This document shows, in pieces, positions 25,381 through 38,104 of a stretch of 64,000 nucleotides of DNA; position 1 is the first letter of the stretch; every line of letters starts with the position of its first letter. The notes beneath the pieces were generated by a model. It was not told the DNA's origin. It searched no databases and saw nothing but the letters and a program-made list of their open reading frames with translations. The position numbers and the translations under genes were made by a program. The stretch is from Lytechinus pictus (Eukaryota), in the NCBI RefSeq assembly GCF_037042905.1, contig NC_087248.1, positions 14,446,001 to 14,510,000 of the forward strand, given 5' to 3'.

Positions 25381-28300
25381 ATGTCTGCTGCCGATAGATC
25401 CATCCGCTCTGTCTTTGGTAAGGAATTTATGAGCCATTATTTGCACAGAATTAACTAAAATGATGATGTTGAAACTCGCCGCTGACTTTTTTTTTTTTTT
25501 CTATAGCGGGGCCGAGGCGAGGAGTAGACGACTGATACGGGGAATGCGATGCCGCCGGCTCCCCTCGCGGCTCGGCGGCAATTGGACTCGGGGACGGTAG
25601 ACGTAAACGTATGGCAGCGTATCCTATTGCCGGACACCTTTATTTCAGTGCTTTAAAATGACAACTAGAGGAAATACAATCAAGAAAAATTCGCACTTGC
25701 TATTCCAAATATTATGAAAATTATGAATATGATAAAAAATTATTTTAATTAACCAACCATTACCATTTTCTTTGCATCGCACTTGCCGCATACCCCTCCA
25801 CGAAAAAACAATTGAATTATTAATAATTTTCGTGCGCGACAAATTACATGGCTCTCTAATTACATCATGATTCCGGACGCGTGCTGGACGGCTAAAGATA
25901 TTCCTGATTATTAATGATGTAAGAACAAATTTGAGTGATTTTTTTTCTTCTTATATCATATCATGACATGAGTAAATTCTAAGTTTTGTTTGCATTTTTA
26001 TATTGATTCTGAGCAGATGTTGCTAATAAATTCGTGTTTGATAACTTATTTCATTTTTTCTTGTTAGCTACACGTTCCATGGAACTTTCCAATATTATGC
26101 TCGTTCGTATGGTGACACGGTTCATCAAGTTCTATCGATGTGCTGCCCGGCGATCGTCGACGGCTCTACTCACGGTAAACCTCGCGCACGGGTACATTGA
26201 GAACTAGCCGTCGACGATCACCCACAATACACCACACCTCACGATTCGATCGAAGGAGCGGACGAGATTGAAATTCGGCAAATCAGGCCCATATTTCCGT
26301 TAGAAAATATATCAATTGTTAATGCAAAACTATTTTATATGATATTTTAAGCATTTTCTGTCATTTTAGAGATAAATAAGGTAAAAGTTTGATTTTTTCG
26401 CCATGTTTTTGCAATCTTATTCTATGTATTGCTCTGTGAAATTAAATTGCGGAAGTCTTACGGTACGAAATTGTTTTCGAACGCAGTAATATCCGCGTCC
26501 GGAATCATTTAGTGTCCTGTAATACAATACGTGACTATACTTAGACTAGAGGCTTAGACAGCTTGCTACCTTCTGTTTTTAGGAGTCTTAACATTTTTTT
26601 TCTCCATGTACACTGTCACTGCACAGATGGCTCGCCGCTCGCGATCGTTCTACAATCTACAATGTTCTGCAGAAGAGTCTGTAATGATATTGGAATACCT
26701 TTACCATATTGCCAATCGCAATGTTAACACAACTTGCAGTCATTCCAATTCTTTGTCATGTTTGTTTTATGTTATTTCTATACATTTGTTAAAGGTCAAG
26801 TCCACCTCAGAAAAATGTTGATTCGAATAAATATAGAAAAATCAAACTAGTAAAATGCTGAAAATTTCATCAGAATCGGATGTAAAATAAGAAAGTTATG
26901 ACATTTTAAAGTTTTGCTTATTTTTCACATCACAGTTTTATGCACAACTCAAATGAGACAGTCGATGATGTCCCTCACTCACTTTTTTCTTTTGTTTTGT
27001 ATTGTTTGAATTATATAATATTTCATTTTTTATAGATTTGACAATAAGGGCCAACTTCACTGAATCATATAGTATTAAACAATGCTCATTCTACATGTTC
27101 AGGGAGATATTAATCTTTGTTTCACTTGACAATGAGGAGAAAAATAGAATATTGCCTATTTCATATAATAAAATACAAAAGAAATAGTGAGTGGATGACG
27201 TCATCAGTCTCCTAATTTGCATACCCACCAGGATGTGCATATAACTGGTTTGTGAAATAAAGCAAAACTTTAAAATGTCATAACTTTCTTATAATACATC
27301 CGATTTTTTTGAAATTTTCAGTGTACTGCTTGTTGGATTTTTCTCTTTTTATTCAAATCAACTTTTTGTTGGGATGGACTTGTCCTTTAATGATTATCAA
27401 GTTGATGTTATGAGAGAAATGATAGGCAAAGTATGACATTATTTATAATATATTTTTGCACATAATTTTGCCGTTCTATAAACTTAAATCGTTTCATGCT
27501 TTGCTGTAGATCTGTACACAGTGGGAACACTTGCAACAAAATTACTGTTACTATGTCATTTTGATTACAGTGGGTAATATTCCATATGAGATAACGGAAG
27601 AGAAACTGAAAGATATCTTCTCAGAGGTTGGCCCTGTGATTAGCTTCCGTCTGGTCTTTGATCGGGACACCGGCAAACCCAAGGGATATGGGTTCTGCGA
27701 GTACCAGGATCAAGAGACGGCTCTCTCTGCGATGAGGAACCTGAATGGCTATGAGCTCAGTGGGAGGAGTCTTCGGGTGGACAACGCTACCAGTGAGAAA
27801 AACAGGGAGGAGCTAAAGAGTGAGTTTAACAACGTCTGTTTATTCTTTGTGGGAGTATCCTTTTCTTCTGATGCAATCTAAATAGCAAAAGCTCTAAAGG
27901 GTTTATTTCCCAGTCGTCTAATGCTAATTCGTCCAATTGCCAACTCATCTACTATCATTTGGTCTACCATCAATTCATCTACTATCCACATGGTATAATT
28001 GCCAATTCGTCTACTCACCATTTCGTCTAATAACTAGTTTGTCTAATAGCCTTTTAGTCCATATACCATTTGATCTAATTGGACTAAGTGTTAATTGTGT
28101 GAAAAATTCAAAATGAAATGGATATTAGACCAACTGGTTATGAGATGAAATGGTCATGGATGAAATGGTGAATAGACAAAGTGATGATTAGACCAAATGG
28201 TTGTTAGACGAAATGTTGATAGACAGAATGGCTTTAGACCATGTGGCGAGTGGACAACTTTGCAGTAGACAAATTGGCTTTTTAGTATTTACCGCTATAA

Positions 28301-31300
28301 AGTATCAGGGTTGAATAAGAAAAAGGGGATATTCAGGGTTTTGGTGAACTCCTTGGAAAAGTTAATTCCCGAAATAGCAAATTTAACTTAGTGATATCAA
28401 CTTTCAAATATCTTCCATTTTTAATTTTTTTTTGCTTGTCAAAGAAATTAAGAGGCAAATATTGACCCATTCCACCTTTAAGGTCTTTTTTTTTGGGGGG
28501 GAGGCATTGTCAGTGAGATCCACTTTTTATAAAGTGAACCCTTTCCCCTCCTAAAAATGCTTGTCCACGCATCCCTGAACGTCAGTTTAAAATGATTGCA
28601 AATTAATATTTATCAGCTTTTCAAAGGCCTATTAACTGTAATTATTAAAGAAAGGTATCACTGATTAAGTAAAAGAGTTTCAAAATGTTCATCTCAGAGA
28701 CTATTGCTTTACTTGACTAGAAATTATTGCAATTACATAATTATGAATGTATGATGATTCTTTTATTGTCTTCACAAAGATTATCAAATATAAGTACATA
28801 TTAATAATTTTTCTAGGGTCGATTGTGTTCCTATGAAGTTTATGTTTAAAAACTTATTACATTACATAATATATTATCTTGATTTCATTTTATGAAATAC
28901 CTGCAATTTGTCTCACCTGCATAGCAGAGTGAGACTACAGGCGCCGCTTTTCTGACGGCGGCGGCGGCGTCAACACCAAATCTTAACCAAAGGTTAAGTT
29001 TTTGAAATGACAGCATAACTTCCTAGTTCATGAAACTTGGCCATAAGGTTAATCAAGTATTACTGAACATCCTGCCTGAGTTTCATGTCACATGACCAAG
29101 GTCAAAGGTCATTTAGGGTCAATGAACTTAGACCATGTTGGGGGAATCAACATCAAAATCTTAACCTAAGGTTAGGTTTTTGAATTGTCATCATAACTTA
29201 GAAAATATATGGACCTAGTTCATGAAACTTGGACATAAGGTCAATCAAGTATCATTGAACATCCTGCATGAGTTTCACGTCCCATGACCAAGGTCAAAGG
29301 TCATTTAGGTTTAGGGTCAATGAACTTTGGCCGAATTGGGGGTATCTGTTGAATTACCATCATAACTTTGATAGTTTATTGATCTGATTCATGAAACTTG
29401 GACATGATAGTTATCAAGTATTACTTAACATCCTGTGCAAGTTTCAGGTCACATGATGAAGGTCAAAGGTCATTTAGGGTCAATGAACTTTGGCCAAATT
29501 GGGGGTATTTGTTGAATTACCATCATAACTTTGAAAGTATGTTGGTCTAGTTCATAAAACTTGGACATAAGAGTAATCAAGTATCACTGAACATCCTGTG
29601 CGCATTTTAGGTCACATGACCAAGGTCAAAGGTCAATGAACTTTGGCCACAATGGGGGTATCTGTTGAATTACCATCATAACTTTGAAAGTGTATGGATC
29701 TGACTCGTGAAACTTGGACATAAGAGTAATCAAGTATCACTGAACATCCTGTGCGAGTTTCAGGTCACATGATCAAGGTCAAAGGTCATTTAGGGTCAAT
29801 GAACTTTGGCCAAATTGGGGGTATTTGTTGAATTACCATCATAAGTTTGAAAGTATGTTGGTCTAGTTCATAAAACTTGGACATAAGAGTAATCAAGTAT
29901 CACTGAACATCCTGTGCGCATTTTAGGTCACATGACCAAGGTCAAAGGTCAATGAACTTTGGCCACAATGGGGGTATCTGTTGAATTACCATCATAAATT
30001 TGAAAGTGTAATTGGTCTAGTTCATAAAAAGGTGGAAAAAAGAGTAACCAAGTATCACTGAACATCTTGTGCGAGTTATAGTAGTTTTCAAAGTCAGCAC
30101 TGCTGCTATATTGAATCCATGATGCAGGTGAGACCGCCAGAGTCATTCCACTTGTATAATACATGTATATTCTGTTTTTATTTTCTTTTAGCTGCACTGC
30201 AGCAGAGTCAGCCTCCTCCTGAGGTAAGTACTCATTGTCCAGGGGCCTGTTTCATCAAGAATTGCAACTGTTGTAGCTTTTCCATTATGGCAACTACCAT
30301 GGCAACAGGGCTCAGCAGCCAATCAAAATCAAGGTTACCATGGTAGTTGCCATAATGGCAAAGTTAAAACAGTTGCAACTCTAGAAACATAACATTTTTG
30401 ATTATTTTCATGTTATGGTAGATGTAATCAACTGTAAAAAAAAATAATAATAATAATAATAAACAGTTCTATGCTCAGTCATGAAGGTTGTTGGTCTTAT
30501 TCATTCAAAACTCCATTTTACAGAAGTTTCAATACCTCATTTTTATTGACCCTTAGATTTAATAGTCCAAGCTTTTGTCAAAGATGTTATGATTTCACCA
30601 GTAATCTGAATAGTCTTTTAACGCTTTAGATCTATCTACAAGTATAAGCTAGAGAGGTGTAAATAATTAGAGTGCATTCAGCCCTTTATATTTAATGTTT
30701 GAGAAGTCTTTAAATCTCACCACTTGGAAAAAATGGAAAGTGAGGTTACACCACTGCTTTTTTACCACCACCAATAAAAAAAAATTGAAAATGAACCAAA
30801 ACATATGATGTTGGACCTTTTCATTTGTGCCCTTTAAGGACGTTCCACATTTAAAGTGAAATCCATGTCATTTTCACCAAACTTTGCACATAGATAATTA
30901 AGAACCTTAATATTCGAAATATGCAAAAATTAACATAGGTCCATGTGCTTGAATTTTTGCTATAGAGCTTCAAAGTTCACCCAAATTGATGTTCTTTAGA
31001 ATTGCACATTCAAAAGAATTTGGCATTTTTAGACCGCCCAAGTTTACTACAATGAGTTTAAACCTGTATTACTCAGTCAAAATACATGAAAAAGTCATCA
31101 AATTTCGCGAAAGAGTTAATAATTGTATCTTTAGAATAGAGAATCTATTTAAAGTGCTATTTGTTTGCAATTTTAAGTTTAACAGCACTGTCAGTTCTTT
31201 AAAATGGCGTAAAAGATAACAAAATCCCAATCTAAAAAATGTAAAATTTCAGCCACAAACTACAAACGTACAACAAATGCTGCACTTTATTTAAAATCCA

Positions 31301-34300
31301 TGTCATTTTCACCAAAATTTGCAGAGTTGTAGAGGAGGGTATACCTAAGAGGTACAAACATTAAAAAATGGGGTTCATGTGCTTGTTTTTAAACTATCAG
31401 CATTTTTATTAGAGCAAATGTGCTTTTTAAAACACCAAAAATGCGCTGAATGCCTTGTATCTATGTGAAGAAAAAATCAAAACCACTCTACCATTTATTC
31501 AAACTCGGGGTAATATTCGTGATTCTTGGCAGCACTGCAGAGTAAAGTATTTTGAAATTGTAGAGATTTTTTTTTGAATGGTCCATGGAATAATTCAATT
31601 TTTTAGCTTCATGAAATAACGTATCGGATCTGCAGTTAAAGTGCAGAAGATGAGAAAAATCAGCTCATACCCGCAGCTAATTAATCACCTGTTCATCCAT
31701 TGTGACGTCAGCGCGCAGAGTGTAAACTATGCGCAGATCATAATGCGTACAAACATAACTGTGGAACGTCCTTAAGTGCATTTTGAAAACCTTCTTTAAA
31801 CCATTAATTAGCTTAAATGATTATGGGGGTTGGGAATATTTTTAAACATCTGTTAGTGATCTAGGAAACTATAAAACTATAAAAACCACCTTGTTATTGT
31901 TTTCACAATACTTCTTTTTAAAAAAATACTGGTACTTTTTATTTGATTTGCTCAAAATTTGCATCTTTGCTAATTTCATTATGTCTCAAAGCTCTGAAAA
32001 AAAATTCCTGAGTATTAAAAACGGCTAGAGATATTCATGTAGAGATGTAAGTTGATGAAGTGATTTGCACTATCCAAGTACAGCATATTATTACTCTGCA
32101 TTAGAGCATTGACAATATTTCTGCCATATAACCGCAAGTTGTGTCGAGACTCGAGAATGTATAGCTGTCTGATATTGCCAAAGAGAACTCATAATCCTCA
32201 TTTCAATTTTAGTCTCCTTATGGTGATGCTGTAGCGCCCCAGGAAGCCCCTGAAGCAATCTCTAGAGCTGTGGCTAGCCTTCCTCCAGAGCAGATGTACG
32301 AGGTCATGAAACAAATGAAGGTGAAAAAAAAATATTGCTCCGTAGTTTGTTCGTAAAATTAAGTCTTTCAAAACTCCTTACTGTACTTGTAGCTCAACCA
32401 CATATCTATGTTGCCTGGTGCAAGAATTTTCATGTTACAGAAAAAAAATCATCTATTATTGTAACGTTAAGTGTTGTCCAGTACAGATACAGAATGTTCT
32501 TAGTAATCAACCTACTCTCATCATATTCTAAATAGTTACTTTATTTATGGTACATAGTTTGAAAACATTAAAATTTCATGAAATGATGAATGATTATTGC
32601 AAAATTGATATTTAAAAAAAAAACCATTAAAGATAGAAAGTCAGTTTCCTATGTTATTGTATCATGTATTTTTTGTAGATGCTGTTCAAATTGTATACCT
32701 CTTGTAGTAATGAAAGATGTGGGGGCAATGGTCAATAAACCAGTGACTCTGATCAATTAAAGCTTCCAAAGGATATTGTCATGTACTCTAGCAAGTGTTT
32801 TGTCAATGGAGTTCCAAGAGTAAACGACATCATAACTGATGATATTCATTGTTTTCATTTTTCTTTAAATTAAAGATTGTGATTCAGAACAACCCAGTTG
32901 AGGCTCGTAACATGCTCCTTCAGAACCCTCAACTTGCCTATGCTCTGCTTCAGGCCCAGGTCGTCATGCGCATCGTGGACCCAAATGTTGCCATGGTGAG
33001 AGAAGTTCCTTTGTAAATATTTGATCATTTTCAAGAGACACATATGGACTCGTGGCATGAGACAGTGGTACAAGTAACACAAGCCTTCGCACCTTTCTAA
33101 ATTTGGGGGAACGAATCTGAATTATGACAATTTCAAGATCTGACAACTTGTTGGACAAAAATGTTGATGAAACGCTCCCCTGATCTTCCTCTGTTGGGGT
33201 GTTTTGTTTTTTTCATGATTTTGCAACAAATCCAAGGCAGTGATGCTCCTTTCCGTTTTTAATAGCTAGATCACCCTAACTTTTCTGTTTGATCATTTGG
33301 GAGGTCTGAAATTGATCATGATTTTTATTATAAATGTGAGTAAAGTATTCAGTCATGAAAGTTGGTTGGTATTATAATTACAGGGACCTATGAACTTCTG
33401 AGATATTTTGTGATTTTAAGATTTTGGTATTGACAGCTTGCGTTTTTGTTGGAATGATTTCGTCACCAGCTGCAAGTTTCAACACCATAGTACTTGAAAT
33501 GATTTTCGTGCTGGATCTGTCCTTAAAAAATATTTGACTATACATTATGTAATCGGTATCGATTTTGTAAAACTCCATTTAGTGTTTGAATTAAAGTTTG
33601 ACAGACCGTTACAAGCTCACAACACCAACACAGAACAAATTATCCATTAGTTTTACAGATTGTTCATGTCTTCCTTGAATTTTGTTTTTGCTTCAGACCT
33701 TGCTTCACAGACAAACAGATGCACCCCAACCACTGTTCCCTCCTGAATCTAATCAAGGTCCTGGACCTCACCAAGGACCAGGTCCTCAGGGTAACCAGCA
33801 AATGATGGGAGGGAACCAAGGCATGGGTATGGGTGGACCAAGACCAGATCATCAGATGGGTCCAGGTGGGCCGAGAGGAATGAATCCTAATATGGGCCCA
33901 GGAATGAATCAGGGGCCCATGGGACCACGAGGGATGGGTCCGCAAGGGATGGGACACCAAGATATGGGCAGGGGTGGTATGGGCCCACAGGATAGGAACA
34001 TGCAGGGAGGTATGCAGAGGGGTGGCATGGGCCCAGGTGAAATGAATCGGGGCGGAATGGGTCCTGGAGAGATGAACCGTGGTGGCATGGGCCAAGGAGA
34101 GATGAATCGGGGCGGAATGGGCCCGGGGGAAATGAATCGTGGTATGGGCCCGGGAGAAATGAATCGGGGTGGCATGGGCTCGGGAGAGATGAATCGGGGT
34201 GGCATGGGCCCAGGGGAAATGAACAGGGGTGGTATGGGCCCAGGTGAAATGAATAGGGGTGGCATGGGCCCTGGAGAAATGAACAGGGGCGGTATGGGCC

Positions 34301-36979
34301 CGGGTGAAATGAACAGGGGTGGTATGGGCCCTGGAGAAATGAACAGGGGCGGTATGGGCCCTGGAGAAATGAACAGGGGCGGTATGGGCCCTGGAGAAAT
34401 GAACAGGGGTGGTATGGGCCCTGGAGAAATGAATAGAGGCGGTATGGGCCCAGGGGACATGAATCGTGGTGGAATGGGACAAGGAGAGATGGGCCGTGGA
34501 GACATGGGCCATCAAGGCAGGGGTCCAGGCGAAATGAACCGCGGTGGCATGGGTCCGGGTGAAATGAACCGGGGCGGCATGGGTCCTGGCGATATGAATC
34601 GCGGCGGCATGGGCCAACAGGAAATGGGCATGGGAGGTCCTAGGCCAGGGATGGGTATGAATGAGGTCGGTCGAGGCGGTGGGCCGGATATGAACAGGGG
34701 TATGGGTCCTGGACAGGGTCCACAAGGAAGGATGCATGGAGGAATGGAGCAGGGTCGGATGAACATGGGTCCAGGTGGAGGAGGAGGAGGACCTGGAATG
34801 AGCCCAAACATGATAAATCAAGGTAAGTTAAAGATGGATTATTTCTAACTACATGTATCCTTCAGTTAAATCTTCTTGGAGTTGTGAAATACTATACATC
34901 AGACTTTGACGTAAGGAGTAAGTGAGTTCAAAAGCACTTTCAATTTACATCAATCGAAATTTGTATTTTTTTTTTTTTTAAACACATGATGAGAGGTGTC
35001 TTGCTATTTTAGAGATGTTTAGATGTTTGTAGTTCATAATTCTTTGTCACACATCTGTGATATCGACACTATGAGTAGCATGTTGTGCTGTGTTCTTAAG
35101 TGTTTCTTTATGCTGCTGTCTTGAAACTCTTAACGGAAAGGGAAACTGCTTAGCGATACCCCCTTGTACATTTATTGGCGTATATTCAAAGTCTTGTGCC
35201 AATTGGACTTTTCTCTTCAAACAAAGATCATTGACTTAACAAACTTAACTCATAAGTGCAATTTAATTAAAACTTGTACTATCCATTTTTGTAGGCCACC
35301 ATGACTTAAAACCTACTTCTTTTTCTTTTTCTTTTTTTCTATCAGAAATGCAGATGACCCGTGGTGGTATGGGACCAGGCCCAAGAGGTGGACCATCAGA
35401 GGTCCATGATCCCCGGAGACAGGACCCCAGGGGACCAGGAGCACGAGCCGATGGACCGGGCGGAGCAGGGGGCTTTGAGAGGGGTGATACCCATGGCATG
35501 GGGGGCATGAGGCCCGGTGGAATGGCAGCAGGTGGTGGTGGTGGTAGTGGTGGTGGTGGTGGTGACCCACGCATGGCCGACCCAAGAGCAGCTGATCGCT
35601 CAACCCTCAGTGCATCTGTAAGTTCAATCAAAGTTCAAAGCTGAACTAATGTAACAGGTAACATTGCCGGAGTCAAATCTTCTAGGACCACAGATTCGTG
35701 GTTGACTTGTGAAAAATTTGACTTAGGAGAGGTTTATAACACGTTTTGCGTAATCGGGTTTGAGGTTAATCGCCAGTGTGAAAGAGCAATTCTGATTGGT
35801 TCCTCGTCAGTCTACTGAGCTAAATGCGCATGCAACGATGATCTTGATAGGCCTTTTCATTTAGCAATTAATCGCTAACCTTTGTGTTACGGGCCCTGGT
35901 GTGAAAATTGCCTTGAGGTGGGTGAGGATTTGCGTAATGGAAGTTTACCTGTACTTGGAGCAAACAATGATTTCATGAAAAGTCATTCAAATCAAAGTTG
36001 ATTGACTTCACTTCATCAGAGATCTTGACTTGCCACATTTCTTAAAACTTACATTAAGTTTTGAAATCTTATCTGAAAGACAAGCACACTGAAGATTGCC
36101 AACACAAATAAGTACATGTGGTACAGTGTATACTATTGTGTGGGGAAAGACTCTACACCTGGCAGGAATACCATGCTTATTCTAATTTCTCAGCAATGAC
36201 ACATTTTCTACTAGAATTATAGATGTACAGTGAAATCAAAAGTATAATTAAAAGTACACTTTTCCGAAGTCGCATATCTCCACATAACGGAGATATATAA
36301 TTAGTTTTCACTGTATAAATATTCTTGTCGTTTCATTTTTTTTTCCCAGAATCTTTCTCAGCTTGCCCAGAATATCAACCTATCCCAGACACAGCCTACT
36401 CAACAAGATCAAGAAAAGGTATGGATTCTCAATCATGTACTCAATCTATCTATCATATATTTCATTACATCATGAGAGCACAATGAGCATTTCAAAGGCA
36501 AAAGAATACATAAATGAAAAAAAGCACTGGTATGAAAATCGTATGCATTATTTTATCTTACAATAATTATCACTCTTAGCTGTAGAATTTTTAAGCCATT
36601 CACACATGGAGAATGGGAAGTTATTTGTAATATATATTTTTTTTTCTCAAATAATGTGATAGTGCATTATATAGTGAGGTTTGTAAGCTCTTTGAAAGAA
36701 AAGCCATGTGATGAATGCATGGTGTTGAATACTGTTTTGAAAGGAAAGGTTTGAATCAGTATGTACACTTCCCTGCAATTTCTTTTCTAATTCTCCTGAA
36801 TAATTTGGGTGGGAAAGTAATATATCTTAACGTGTATTTGCTTTTCGTAGGCTGCCCTGATCATGCAAGTGTTACAGCTATCACCTGAGCAGATCAACCT
36901 TCTTCCGGCAGAGCAGAGGGCTAGTATCATGGTACTCAAAGAACAGATCTCGCGTAGCCAGGGAGGGTTGCCATCTTAG
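25381..36979 (+). CDS. CSTF2: Cleavage stimulation factor subunit 2 (CstF-64), ~713 aa, 9 exons
   Basis: Exons 25381-25417, 27571-27819, 30192-30223, 32213-32320, 32876-32995, 33697-34822, 35346-35617, 36350-36418, 36851-36979; GT-AG, total 2142 nt. RRM (RSVFVGNIPYE...[10 protein letters not shown]), hinge ([39 protein letters not shown]) and C-terminal domain ([32 protein letters not shown]). Confidence 0.95.
25868..26508. mobile_element. Probable MITE in CSTF2 intron 1
   Basis: 15-bp inverted repeat ATGATTCCGGACGCG/CGCGTCCGGAATCAT and an internal inverted pair GATCGTCGACGGCT/AGCCGTCGACGATC; TSD not resolved. Confidence 0.55.
26793..27386. mobile_element. TTAA-TSD MITE, copy 2 (inverted relative to 7218)
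   Basis: Same TIRs and internal sequence as 7218-7800, reverse orientation. Confidence 0.9.
27899..28294. repeat. Element with arrays of short inverted subrepeats (GTCTA.../...TAGAC)
   Basis: Left half repeats cca.tt(c/g)gtcta; right half repeats tagac.aa.tgg. Confidence 0.6.
28907..30155 (+). mobile_element. Helentron-associated (HINE/DINE-like) non-autonomous element with internal 153-192-bp tandem repeats
   Basis: 5' hairpin GTCTCACCTGC-ATA-GCAGAGTGAGAC, then a (GGC)n tract and 6-7 tandem units (CATGAAACTTGG...AGGTCAAAGGTCA), then a 3' subterminal inverted repeat ATGCAGGTGAGAC at 30122-30134. Superfamily assignment is inferred from architecture. Confidence 0.7.
30838..31771. mobile_element. 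TTAA-TSD non-autonomous element (GGACGTTCCACA TIR)
   Basis: TTAA|GGACGTTCCACA ... TGTGGAACGTCC|TTAA. Confidence 0.8.
34018..34629 (+). repeat. Coding 30-nt tandem repeat (~20 x [10 protein letters not shown]) in CSTF2 exon 6
   Basis: Units such as ggtatgggccctggagaaatgaacaggggc recur with 30-nt period; differences between units are mostly synonymous. Confidence 0.95.
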
Positions 36980-37195
36980 ACCAGACGAACCCACATTCTT
37001 CATCATGATGGCGTAGCCAGGATTTCATCTTCCTGGGGGGGGAAGCAACTCTTCAACAACAACCACTTTATGTGCCACCATTTAATTTCCTGATGATAGT
37101 TGCTTTATTTGTTGAATTCGTTCCATGTTTGCAACTAAGTTACTTGATTATAATCCTAGATTGTGGCTTTGACGTCAATAACATCTAGATTGAAT

Positions 37196-37761
37196 CCCGG
37201 GGGGGCCACTTACATTGACGAGTGGATACCATGCGCGACCCAAAAAACACGTAAAAAGGATGTCCTTTTCACGATAGGGCACGTTACGTACGTAACGTGA
37301 TAAGGGTGTCAAAAACACAAAAATAATGAAAAAAGGGTGTCTATTTCGCTAGGAAAATTACGTGTTTAGGGTCGAATTTGCGGGAATGATAAAACAAAAT
37401 TAAAATGTTTTATAAAGGATGTCCATTTTGCCCCAACACTTCGTGTTTAGAGTCCGATTTGCGCGAGGTGTAGAAGGTGGGGTCGTACTAAACCAAATAA
37501 GGTAAAGCCGACGACCGAAGGACCCGTAACAATAAAACATTCCTGTACTTGTTTAGGGGTTCATTTCAGGGAATATTTGCCAAGAGTATCGTTTTGTTTC
37601 CAATACTTGTTAAGGGTAGGGTTTCACACGCCAATACTTGTTAAGGGGTGCATTTTCAGAATATGGAAATTACGTGTTAAGGGTGCTTTTCGAGACCCTA
37701 TGGTCGCGCATGGTATCCACTCGTGAATGGAAGTGGCCCCCCCCCCCCCCCCCCCCCCGGG
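37196..37761. mobile_element. CCCGGG-terminated MITE with 8-bp TSD (GATTGAAT), downstream of the CSTF2 stop
   Basis: TIR CCCGGG(G)nCCACTT.CATT.ACGAGTGGATACCATGCGCGACC; exact 8-bp TSD. Related element at ~48654-49113. Confidence 0.85.
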
Positions 37762-37973
37762 GATTGAATGTAAGTTACATGTAGTATTCGCACGCTGTTA
37801 TTAGTAACTTATATGATCCTTTTGAAATTACTTCTCTACATTGTACAATGTTCTGAAGGTACATGTATGGTATTACATTTTGTCCGTTGGAAAAATCCTA
37901 ATGGTTATTGGGACCAGCAACACATTACGGTTATATTTCAATAATAATTTCATGAATATTTGATTTTTTTTTT

Positions 37974-38012
37974 GCCTCCGACGAAGATTCTGCTATGATC
38001 GAAAGCTTAGGC
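37974..38012 (+). ncRNA. Variant minimal hammerhead-like motif downstream of the CSTF2 stop
   Basis: GCCU-CCGACGA-A-GAUU(CUGCUAU)GAUC-GAAA-GC-UU-AGGC. Stem I GCCU/AGGC, core CCGANGA (U4C), palindromic AGCU in place of stem III. Confidence 0.4.
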
Positions 38013-38104
38013 CCCTTTTGACTTTCATATTTGTTATTAGATCATACTCAGATGGCTCATTGTGTTGCATTGGTTATGCACACTGTGTGCCTGTTCCAAT
38101 TAAA

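Noticed and set aside
28907-30155. Regular repeat array that could be mistaken for CRISPR
   Set aside because: Units are contiguous 153-192-bp tandem repeats with no unique spacers and no cas genes, in a eukaryotic intron.
33664-34821. 385-aa and 198-aa antisense ORFs (HFSRAHT / PPLFISPGP repeats) opposite CSTF2 exon 6
   Set aside because: They are shadows of the GC-rich 30-nt coding repeat, which lacks stop codons in antisense frames; no independent gene signals.
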